In this document: one piece after another, positions 10,068 through 18,512 of the stretch | Position numbering within the stretch: position 1 is the stretch's first letter | Layout: each line of letters opens with the position of its first letter | Assembly (NCBI GenBank): GCA_034723595.1 | Contig: JAYEPB010000078.1 | Coordinates: forward strand, 9,592-73,591 | Reading direction: 5' to 3' | From: Nanobdellota archaeon | Lineage (GTDB): Archaea; Nanobdellota; Nanobdellia; Woesearchaeales; JAGLGH01 | DNA length: 64,000 bases | Notes under the pieces: generated by a model | Seen by the model: the letters and a program-made list of their open reading frames with translations, nothing else | Databases searched by the model: none | What the model was told of the DNA's origin: nothing | Made by a program: the position numbers and the translations under genes

Positions 10068-10211
10068 CAAATTTTCTCGCAAATTTTCCGAATCCAAAGT
10101 TCTTCCGATATCGTCGGAAAATCGAGTGTTTTTTTACCGTAATCTATTTTAAAGGAAGTAGGTTTTGGATGATTAACAAAAATCCCAACAAAAGTTGGGG
10201 AGGAAAATAAA
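10068..10211 (+). promoter_or_regulatory. conserved leader / divergent promoter region, copy 2, with palindrome TTCCGA-TATCG-TCGGAA at 10103-10119 and a GGGGAGG SD
   Basis: Direct nucleotide similarity to 8676-8817. Confidence 0.55.
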
Positions 10212-10637
10212 ATGACAAAACCATTTGTAGCAATGTTGGGTGATGACTCAAATAGAAATAAAGATATGAGACTTGTAAAAACAGTAGATGAATCTTATCT
10301 AAATGAAAATTTTGGAACATTATTGGATTATATTCTTAATCCAGGAGTTGATGAATTAAATTCAGGATATAATGATGATGAGACAAATTTTGCACAAACC
10401 TGGAAAGATCTTTATGATCAGAGCAAAAGCGAACCTAAAATTGAGATTGGTCTCTGCGCAATAGATAGAAATAAGCAATTTGTTCCATGTCCACTTCATA
10501 AGGTTCTTGGAGATTATAGTGATAGGTTTATAAAACCGATGAATGAGATTGGTGAAGATGGAAATGAATATAAGTATAATGGAATTGAATTGATTATAGC
10601 TGATCTTAGTGAAGGAGGATCAATGAGGTATTTGTAA
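10212..10637 (+). CDS. hypothetical 141-aa protein, paralog B. Gly-Gly lies 5 residues from the C-terminus (...ADLSEGG-SMRYL). First gene of the E1/JAB operon.
   Basis: ORF. Its stop overlaps the start of the next gene (TAATG). Shares the DESYLNENFGTLL block with 8818. Confidence 0.5.
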   Translation: MTKPFVAMLGDDSNRNKDMRLVKTVDESYLNENFGTLLDYILNPGVDELNSGYNDDETNFAQTWKDLYDQSKSEPKIEIGLCAIDRNKQFVPCPLHKVLGDYSDRFIKPMNEIGEDGNEYKYNGIELIIADLSEGGSMRYL

Positions 10638-12103
10638 TGATATCTCAAATTCCTAAAGTATTTCTTGAAAATTTTAGAGAAAGTGATGAGTCATTCCTTA
10701 TACATCAAGGAATGATTTACACTTTACATTGTCCAACCAGTCAAAATAGTCTAAATAAATTATTCTATGCAAATAGAGATTTTAATCTATTCCAATCTGA
10801 AGATATTGACACATTACAGGAAGAATATCTTAATCATAGTAGGGATTCTATTGAGAACTTAGTAAGTGATTATATTCAGCATAATTATATTGAAAAACTT
10901 GAAAGATTAAAAATCAACATAGATTCTCAAAAGAATCTATTCCAAGAAACACAAAACAATTCAATTGAAAAATTAATTGTATTAGATATCTTTGATAAAT
11001 TTTGTAATCTCTGTAATGTCTCTAATTCTAATGGAAATAAGAATAACAAATCCAAAACTGTAGCTTCAAATTTAAAATTATCTGCAATCAATAAAACAAT
11101 GGGATTATCATCGTCATTAGATTATGCTGCTTTTGGGAAAACACCTTTTGCCAGATACCTAAATTCTATTTCTATGATGGTTCTTGGTCAAAGGGCTTAT
11201 TCCCTAAGGAAAGAAAATTCTATAACAAATAATTATGTCCAAATAAAAAATCATAAATATAAGATTTGTGAGTCCCAAACATTTGATAGATTTATTTTAG
11301 ATTACAAAAAGATTATCTCAAAGAGCATAACATCTGTGATTCAAAAGGAATCTAGTAACTATATAAATCAATTAAGCGAATTTAAAAAAGCGAAAACTGA
11401 ACTTGATATACTAATTAATCAAGAAAATCAGTTTAATGAATTAAAAGAAAGGGAAAGACGAGCAGAGATGTTCAATTGCACAATTGGGTTTAAGGCTCGA
11501 GGGAAAAATAATTCTCAGGATATATATGATATTTATATTAAATTAGATCCATATATCATGAAGAAAGATGATAATTATTATCAGTTTGATACTGTTAAGA
11601 TAGGTACTTCTCTAGCAGTATCTAGGAATCAAATTAAAATTACTAATAAACCAGAAGTTCTTACAAAAGAATATCACCACCCTTTTGTATGGGATTGGTT
11701 GAAAATTTGTGATAAGGGTTATAAAAAAGATAGATATGAAAGAGAGGGTGTTAATTTTGAAAATTTTAATGTTGATTATCTGGATGGTTTTGCGAGAAAT
11801 GTCGCAGTAGCTTTGAATGTTGCAAAAAAGATAATTGAGTATGGGTATAATGGGTCAAGAGTTTCTCCCGTCAAAAAGCTTAGTCCTTCAAAATTCCCAG
11901 AAGAATACATAAGGGGAGGTAAATCAGCAGCTTTGTCTACAGGTATAAGGATTGTTGATAATGATCTTTGGAAGGAAAATATTAACCCAAAAAAAAGCAA
12001 TATCAGATCAATTACGAGGATTAATACAGATAATCTTGAGAGTTATATGGTAAACTATCTCCAAAACAATCAGAATAATCTAATCTATTCTGAGGGGATG
12101 TGA
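10637..12103 (+). CDS. hypothetical 488-aa protein with a possible degenerate E2 (UBC)-like motif HPFVWDWLKIC
   Basis: Translationally coupled on both sides. The segment EYHHPFVWDWLKICDKG has the H-P-x...C spacing of the UBC HPN-x7-C active-site loop, but no other E2 landmarks could be verified. Confidence 0.45.
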   Translation: MISQIPKVFLENFRESDESFLIHQGMIYTLHCPTSQNSLNKLFYANRDFNLFQSEDIDTLQEEYLNHSRDSIENLVSDYIQHNYIEKLERLKINIDSQKNLFQETQNNSIEKLIVLDIFDKFCNLCNVSNSNGNKNNKSKTVASNLKLSAINKTMGLSSSLDYAAFGKTPFARYLNSISMMVLGQRAYSLRKENSITNNYVQIKNHKYKICESQTFDRFILDYKKIISKSITSVIQKESSNYINQLSEFKKAKTELDILINQENQFNELKERERRAEMFNCTIGFKARGKNNSQDIYDIYIKLDPYIMKKDDNYYQFDTVKIGTSLAVSRNQIKITNKPEVLTKEYHHPFVWDWLKICDKGYKKDRYEREGVNFENFNVDYLDGFARNVAVALNVAKKIIEYGYNGSRVSPVKKLSPSKFPEEYIRGGKSAALSTGIRIVDNDLWKENINPKKSNIRSITRINTDNLESYMVNYLQNNQNNLIYSEGM

Positions 12104-13581
12104 AAAAAATGATTTCATATATTCAGGATGATAGGCAAGTAAGAATTGATGGGTGGGGGCAAGATGGTCAGGAAAAAATAAGAAAAAGTAAACCATTAGT
12201 TCTAGGGTCAGATGTTCTTTCCCAAATGTTGTTAGTAAATTTGGCAGGACTTGGAGTAGGCAATATTATGCTTATGGATAATCAGAGAATAGGCAGAGAA
12301 GATAGATCTAACTTTCTTTATAAAAAAGAATATCAAAATGACATTTTTATAGGAAATAAGCGTGGAAAACAAATAAAAAAGATAGTAGAAAAAATAAATG
12401 ATAATATATCATTAATGTATAGACATTCTAAATTTCGGGAAGCATGGTTATATGATTTCAAGCCTTCAATAATATTTGATACTACAAATAATGTTATATC
12501 AAAAAGAGAAGCATTGTCATATAGCCTAAAATATGATATTCCCTTTATCAATATATGCGCTGATGAAAATAAAGCAATAATTACTGAATTTAATCCAAAA
12601 GATAGATGCAAAAAAGATAATGACCTTTTAGAATCTATAATCCTCAAGGAATTCTGCGATACAGAACAAGGACCAATTCCTTGCGGGGTTATAGCAGGTC
12701 TTGCAGCAGAAGAATTAAGAAAGCATGCAATAAATCTGAATAATAAAGAATCTGATAATCCTCTTAAATCTGGAGAAAGAATAATATATAATTTATATTC
12801 AGATTCTAGAGTTTCATTAGATTCAGAAGTTAATTCAAATCCATTCAGCTATCCTAGAGATGTTAAAGCTCTTTTGATTGGGGCAGGTGCTATCGGTAAT
12901 TATGTTGCATTAAATCTCTCACTTATTGGCGTAGGGAAGATTGATGTTCTTGATGGAGATGTAATTAAAGATCATAATCTAAATAGGCAGTTTGCATTCT
13001 ATGATAGAATAAAAAAAGATAAGGCAAAAGTGTTGAGTGAAAGAATAAAAGAATTCAACCCAGCTATCAAATCAGATTATTTTATAAAGATGCTTGATTC
13101 AGGGGATGGCGATATTTTTTCAAAGAACAATCCTGATGAAAAATACGATTTAGTATTTGGTTGTGTAGATAATCTTGAAGCAAGGAAACTTATTAATCAA
13201 TTTTGCGTGCGAAATTCCATTCCTTTAGTTGATGGAGCAACAGATGCTTTAAAAGGTCAAATAGCTGTTTATGACCCCAGAAAAAAAAGATGCTTGGATT
13301 GTCAATTTGATTATGATTATCGGATTGAACAGCGTAATGAAAGAAGGAAGAATTGGATTCAACAAAATGGCAATAGTTGTATTGACACAACAAACCCCAG
13401 TGTAGTTATCCCTAATATAATTATAGGAAGTGCTATGGTTGGAGAGGGATTGAGAGTTCTTTATGATAAATATAAACAAAAACCTCTAGAAGGATATTTT
13501 AAATATAATTCTAATGGGGGCGAGCGTATATCAAAAACAATGTTTAGAGGATATTTAAAAAATTGCGAGGCAGAAAAATGA
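12100..13581 (+). CDS. E1-like (ThiF/MoeB/Uba-type) activating enzyme with a tandem degenerate N-terminal and intact C-terminal adenylation domain
   Basis: N-domain RQVRIDGWGQDGQEKIRKSKPLVLGSDVLSQ...GVGNIMLMD mimics the E1 N-terminus, but the GxGxxG loop and the NLNRQ motif are lost. C-domain KALLIGAGAIGNYVALNLSLIGVGKIDVLDGDVIKDHNLNRQFAF, then GCVDNLEAR...VDGATDALKGQI, CxxC (RCLDC) and a candidate catalytic Cys in NSCIDTTNP. Confidence 0.7.
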   Translation: MKKMISYIQDDRQVRIDGWGQDGQEKIRKSKPLVLGSDVLSQMLLVNLAGLGVGNIMLMDNQRIGREDRSNFLYKKEYQNDIFIGNKRGKQIKKIVEKINDNISLMYRHSKFREAWLYDFKPSIIFDTTNNVISKREALSYSLKYDIPFINICADENKAIITEFNPKDRCKKDNDLLESIILKEFCDTEQGPIPCGVIAGLAAEELRKHAINLNNKESDNPLKSGERIIYNLYSDSRVSLDSEVNSNPFSYPRDVKALLIGAGAIGNYVALNLSLIGVGKIDVLDGDVIKDHNLNRQFAFYDRIKKDKAKVLSERIKEFNPAIKSDYFIKMLDSGDGDIFSKNNPDEKYDLVFGCVDNLEARKLINQFCVRNSIPLVDGATDALKGQIAVYDPRKKRCLDCQFDYDYRIEQRNERRKNWIQQNGNSCIDTTNPSVVIPNIIIGSAMVGEGLRVLYDKYKQKPLEGYFKYNSNGGERISKTMFRGYLKNCEAEK

Positions 13582-14741
13582 TTTCAGAAAAATTCAAACA
13601 GTTTGTCGAAAATTTCGATGTAGAAGGATATATTAGAAGATTTGAAGAAAGTGATTATTATAAAGAAAAATTTGTGCCAAAGATAAATAATATGATCAAA
13701 TCTCATTATCAAAGAGAAATAAAAAAAAGAGTAGAAAACTATGAAGGGAATAATTATGTTTATCCTGAATTCAGTAAAGTTAAGATAACGCAAAAAGCTT
13801 TAGATAAAGGGAAGTATATATCAAAAAGAGTTTGTGAATTTGCGGATTCAGATTATGAAATATATATGTATATGATTGGTGATAACTCCAATAAAGAACC
13901 TATCGTAGATGATTTTTATATAGGCATTGATCAAACTGTAGAACCTGATTATTGTAAAATCAGCCCATTCGGTAAAATTCGTACTTCGTATGATATAACA
14001 GATAATTTAGAAAAAAGAATTTTGGGGTGGAGTCATTCTCATGGTTCAATAGACACATTCCATTCTCGTAAAGATAGAAAAAACCTTCAAAAATTTGTCG
14101 CATCATATGGACTTTCTAAAAAGATTGATCTTTTAGACGATGAAGAAGGCGATGACCAATTATTGCATGATGTTTATTATACACCTAGTTTGGTATTTAA
14201 CAAATATATGTGGGAAACTAATATTCTGCCTTTTGCAGGAGTAGCTTTAGATTATACAAAATTTGGTAATAAAAAAAATACGAAATTCCATCTTAATGAT
14301 GATGTGGAGATTGAAGTAATTAAGAGTGATCCATTAACTAAAAAAGAGATGGAAGATATAGATGAAATGATTCTGGATAGAGTTAATCTTAAAGGTTTAG
14401 GTAAACTTAGAGATATTTATGAAAAAAGAACACTTGAGCAAAACTCTCCTATGGATAATGATATATCCTCTATTTTAGAAGAGCATAGTCCTGATTATAA
14501 TTCTTTAGATAAAAGTAGTCTTATAGGTCTGATTAGGAAACAAGAATCAAAATATAAGAGTCTTTTTGAAAAGTATGGAACAATTGTTAAAGATTATAAC
14601 TATTTACAGGATAAATATCATGATTTAAAAAATAAAAATAGTTCATTGAGATCAATTGTTATGAAATGTAAAAAATATATCAAGAATCAGGTCAAACTAA
14701 AAGGAGTTAAGCACCAACGAGAAAATGTCAAAAATAATTGA
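13578..14741 (+). CDS. JAB/MPN+ (JAMM) metallopeptidase, deubiquitinase-like
   Basis: JAMM motif H-x-H-x7-S-x2-D present as HSHGSIDTFHSRKD, with an upstream Glu candidate. ATG at 13578 overlaps the E1 stop (ATGA). The ORF track starts earlier, at a TTG at 13563. Confidence 0.65.
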   Translation: MISEKFKQFVENFDVEGYIRRFEESDYYKEKFVPKINNMIKSHYQREIKKRVENYEGNNYVYPEFSKVKITQKALDKGKYISKRVCEFADSDYEIYMYMIGDNSNKEPIVDDFYIGIDQTVEPDYCKISPFGKIRTSYDITDNLEKRILGWSHSHGSIDTFHSRKDRKNLQKFVASYGLSKKIDLLDDEEGDDQLLHDVYYTPSLVFNKYMWETNILPFAGVALDYTKFGNKKNTKFHLNDDVEIEVIKSDPLTKKEMEDIDEMILDRVNLKGLGKLRDIYEKRTLEQNSPMDNDISSILEEHSPDYNSLDKSSLIGLIRKQESKYKSLFEKYGTIVKDYNYLQDKYHDLKNKNSSLRSIVMKCKKYIKNQVKLKGVKHQRENVKNN

Positions 14742-14790
14742 TCTTGATGAGAGGGTATTGATGTTTTTTAATTAAAATGGGCAGTCCCTT

Positions 14791-16824
14791 ATGATAAGAA
14801 GAAAAATAGAACAAATATTAGCGAATGAAAATAAAAGAATTAATGTAAATAATGTTAATCAAAATAGTCTATCGAATAATCTTCTTGCAGTGTATTTTTT
14901 AGATAATATTCCTGATAAAAATCTTGCTATTGATGATTTGATTATTAATGATTTTTTGTATAAATTTATATCTTCTGAAGAGAAGAATAAGATTTATAAT
15001 CTTAATGAGGTAATCTCAAAATTATCAAAAGTAGATGAGAATCAAGTGAATAAATCAAAGAGTAAGAAAATCTTAATGATCCCTAAAATAAATATCCAAA
15101 TGACCTTAGCGATAGATTCTTATCTTGATTTGATTAAAAATGAAGAATCTTTGGAAATTATAACTGGATTAAAGTCAAAAGATGATTTAAAGGCATTACT
15201 GTTGATTGATAGAATTTCTGGTACTCAGAAGTATAGTGATTTAGAGTTTGTTATTGATAAAAAAGATTGCGTTGAGAAAAATGCGATTATAGCTGCAAAG
15301 TATTCAACAGAACTATCAGCCCTCTCAAAATCAGATTCTAACCTAAAATCTTCATATCAGATATTAAATAATCTTCCATCTGATTTTACTCTGACTGCTA
15401 TAAAACAAATCAAGAAGATAAATCAGGAAGTCACAGATTCCAGTATTGATTATAAAATAATATCAAAGAATCCAAAACTAATAAAAAAGATAAATGCCGT
15501 AAAAGGCAGGTATAATAATTTAAAGAGACGTACAAGCAGCTGGTTGGATAAAGAATTAAATATATACCTTGAAAAGGAATATAAAAAGATTAATTTCAAT
15601 ATATCCAGAATGACAGACCTGGATTTGGCTATTGAAAAGACAGATAATGCTTCCAGGCAGTTGAATAAGATTAAAAATAAATATAAAGCAGCAGGCATAA
15701 CTCCTGCTAAATTTAATAAGAAATATTCTCAGCTTTCTGCCCAGCAAAATAAGCTTAAAAGTTATAATGTATTAAAAAAGGGATTTGTGAAGAATTGCGC
15801 AATAATCAAAAGAGAAAGGCAGCTGATAGAAGATAAAGGGGTAGATGATATTGCTGATTTAGTATCATTAATAAATAAAGAAAAAAACATATTGAATAAT
15901 GCAGATATATCAGAAACAAAGTTTAGTGATTTAGATACTGCTAAGCAGGATTATATCAATGAATCAAAAAGGTTTAAAGATGCAGTAAATCTGGAGATCA
16001 GTTCAATCAAGCAATATTTGAATCATAGCTGTGATATATTGATTGAGAAGGCTGGTAAATATACTGGTCTATCTGGACTTTTTGGTGAGAGAGATAAAGA
16101 ATCATTGGTAGGGTTGAAAGATGAGGCAAAAAGCTTAGCTGATCAGATTTTATTGGTGAAAAAAGAGTTTGGGATACCTGATTATGTGATTCAGAAAAGC
16201 AATGAGCTTAGTAATTTAGTCGATAAACTTATTAAGAAAAATAAGTATACAATTTCTCAAAAGCTAAAGAGAGGTCTTAGTTATAAATATGCAGAAGCTG
16301 GATTGTTGGTTTCTAATTATCTCCCTTCAAAAGAGATTATTGGCGCAAGTGTTTTTTCTAGTTATCTAGAGAATGATAAATATAATATAATTCAAAAAGG
16401 CAATAAGACTATGAGTTTTGAGCAAAATTTGTCAAATCTTCCTCCTATAAATGATTTCAGCAGTGATTATATGGGTAGTTTAAAACAAAGTGACAATAAG
16501 ACTGCAAGAAAAACTTATGGTCTTGCATCAAGTCGCAAAGGGAAGAGACTAATCAATATCTTTGCCGCGGGATTAATATTCTCAATAACTTCTCTTGGGA
16601 TTTATGGGATTGTTAATCCTCAATCAACTTATGTATTGCAAAAGGAAGTAGAAACTATTGAAAAAACTGAAGATTATTCTAGCATCCATAAACCAGAACA
16701 TACAATATATGATTCTACAATTAGGGATATAGATAAGATTGTTGATAAAACGCAAAGAACATATGAATCAACAATAAGAGATTTAAAAAAGATGTTCAAT
16801 GGGAATCTTATAACACCAGATTAA
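14791..16824 (+). CDS. large Lys/Asn-rich coiled-coil protein with a C-terminal TM anchor; last gene of the E1/JAB operon
   Basis: 677 aa of low-complexity helical sequence with one hydrophobic helix near the C-terminus (LINIFAAGLIFSITSLGIYGIV). 50 bp downstream of the JAB gene, same strand. Confidence 0.45.
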   Translation: MIRRKIEQILANENKRINVNNVNQNSLSNNLLAVYFLDNIPDKNLAIDDLIINDFLYKFISSEEKNKIYNLNEVISKLSKVDENQVNKSKSKKILMIPKINIQMTLAIDSYLDLIKNEESLEIITGLKSKDDLKALLLIDRISGTQKYSDLEFVIDKKDCVEKNAIIAAKYSTELSALSKSDSNLKSSYQILNNLPSDFTLTAIKQIKKINQEVTDSSIDYKIISKNPKLIKKINAVKGRYNNLKRRTSSWLDKELNIYLEKEYKKINFNISRMTDLDLAIEKTDNASRQLNKIKNKYKAAGITPAKFNKKYSQLSAQQNKLKSYNVLKKGFVKNCAIIKRERQLIEDKGVDDIADLVSLINKEKNILNNADISETKFSDLDTAKQDYINESKRFKDAVNLEISSIKQYLNHSCDILIEKAGKYTGLSGLFGERDKESLVGLKDEAKSLADQILLVKKEFGIPDYVIQKSNELSNLVDKLIKKNKYTISQKLKRGLSYKYAEAGLLVSNYLPSKEIIGASVFSSYLENDKYNIIQKGNKTMSFEQNLSNLPPINDFSSDYMGSLKQSDNKTARKTYGLASSRKGKRLINIFAAGLIFSITSLGIYGIVNPQSTYVLQKEVETIEKTEDYSSIHKPEHTIYDSTIRDIDKIVDKTQRTYESTIRDLKKMFNGNLITPD

Positions 16825-17863
16825 TAGCCCAAACCAAGTATGCAGCATACAATCCAATCAGGAAATAGCCAGCTCTTCTGCCGATTTTCCATTTATGGGC
16901 AAGCAATAGGAAAAAGATTACAAAAACAGTAGCAAAAAGAAGTATTACTGAGCTGAAGATATTTGCAGTGCTCACAGGGATAGAAGATTTTGAGAGGGAT
17001 AATATCAAAACCCATGGCACGCCAAGACATATTAGAATATCAAAGATATTAGAGCCTATTGCATTGCTTATTGCCATGCCTCCTCTACCTTGCTTTGCAA
17101 CAATTACTGATGAGATTAGATCAGGGATAGAAGTGCCAGCAGCAAGGATTGTCAAGGCAATGATAACTTCTGGAATGCCAAGGATATGGGATATGTTAAT
17201 TGCGCTTTCAACTAATATCCAACTAAGACCTGCAATAACTGCAATTGATATGAGAAATACAAAATAATAATGTTTGGATGATGGGAAAAGTTTGTCTAAA
17301 AGAAGATCCAATGGTTTGGCAATCTTTTTCCATCTTTTGCCTTTACTCTCTTTTATCTTATTTTCTACTTTCTGGATTATATCATTATTTTTATATGGGA
17401 ATAGTTTTTTCCAGTTTATGACTGCAATAATATAGGTTATGTAGATGATTATGAATATCATAGCTTCGTTTAGGACTATCTGTCCATCTCTAAAAACAAA
17501 TAAGAGGATTATTATGGAAATTGAATAAAATAATGTATCTCTAATCACTGGCTGCCATGATAATACAGCTTTTCGAACAATAGCAGCAGCACCTATGATT
17601 ACCAGAATATTAAATAGAGCTGATCCAACAATCGTGCCTATGCCTATAGCTGCATGATCTCCAGGCTTAAGCAAAGCAAGAATTGCAACGAACAACTCAG
17701 GCGCGCTTGAACCTATTGCCATCAATGTAGCTCCAGCAGCATCAGATGATAGCTTAAGCTTTTTTGCTATCTTATCTAATGATCCAATAAAGTAGTTGTC
17801 GTATACTCTTGCAAGTAGGTAGAAAGAGATTAGTAGAGCAAAGATGAAGAGGATTATAGATAT
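16808..17863 (-). CDS. Na+/Ca2+ exchanger family (CaCA, YrbG/NCX_Mj-like) cation antiporter
   Basis: Two alpha-repeat signatures (GSSAPELF ... GTSIPDL) and about 10 TM helices. The in-frame region upstream of the first ATG/TTG (17725) encodes the expected TM1 and loop (IILFIFALLISFYLLARVYDNYFIGSLDKIAKKLKLSSDAAGATLMAIGSS). That stretch is open back to the stop at 17888-17890 and contains no ATG/GTG/TTG, so the exact start is unresolved. Confidence 0.65.
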   Translation of the reverse strand: MSIILFIFALLISFYLLARVYDNYFIGSLDKIAKKLKLSSDAAGATLMAIGSSAPELFVAILALLKPGDHAAIGIGTIVGSALFNILVIIGAAAIVRKAVLSWQPVIRDTLFYSISIIILLFVFRDGQIVLNEAMIFIIIYITYIIAVINWKKLFPYKNNDIIQKVENKIKESKGKRWKKIAKPLDLLLDKLFPSSKHYYFVFLISIAVIAGLSWILVESAINISHILGIPEVIIALTILAAGTSIPDLISSVIVAKQGRGGMAISNAIGSNIFDILICLGVPWVLILSLSKSSIPVSTANIFSSVILLFATVFVIFFLLLAHKWKIGRRAGYFLIGLYAAYLVWAINLVL

Positions 17864-17912
17864 TTTAATGGGATTGTAAATAAAGATTTAAAAAACTTTG
17901 TAATATCTTAGA

Positions 17913-18380
17913 TTAATCTGTGAATGTAAAATCTTGAATATTATTTGATAAAAAATCTTCTCTTTTCATTTCTTCAATTATGTAAAATGTCTGCTTTTCT
18001 ATGATATCAAATCTTTCTTCCAATGCTTCTATAAACTCTTCAATCTCTTTTATATTAGTGAATACTGCTTCAATTAAGTAATCATAGCCACTGTTAATTT
18101 TAAACAATGAATTGATATTTGGGCATTTATTTAGATATTCCCCACATTCCTTTTTATTTTCCTTAGCAACTTTAAGTATGATTTTTGCTTGTGTATTGTA
18201 GCCAATCTTATTAAAATCTATTAGGCAGGTGTGCTTTACTATCAAATCATTCTCAAAACCCTTTAATTTATCAAATAATGTTGACACAGGCACCCCTGTT
18301 TTCCTTGACATTTTTGTCAAAGATTCCCTTGCGTTGTTTCTTAATCTTGATACGATTTCTATGTCTTTGTTTTTAACCAT
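17913..18380 (-). CDS. Lrp/AsnC-family transcriptional regulator
   Basis: N-terminal HTH (ESLTKMSRKTGVPVSTLFDKLKGFE) and a C-terminal RAM-like domain. 155 aa. Confidence 0.6.
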   Translation of the reverse strand: MVKNKDIEIVSRLRNNARESLTKMSRKTGVPVSTLFDKLKGFENDLIVKHTCLIDFNKIGYNTQAKIILKVAKENKKECGEYLNKCPNINSLFKINSGYDYLIEAVFTNIKEIEEFIEALEERFDIIEKQTFYIIEEMKREDFLSNNIQDFTFTD

Positions 18381-18512
18381 TTTTTGTGCCTCACTTAATT
18401 ATTTTCGTTTTATTCGGAAATAAGTATACTTAGTTCTAGCCTACCATATATACTTTGTTAACACATTGTGTATATTAGTACATATATCCACATATTTTAG
18501 AAAAGTTTATAT

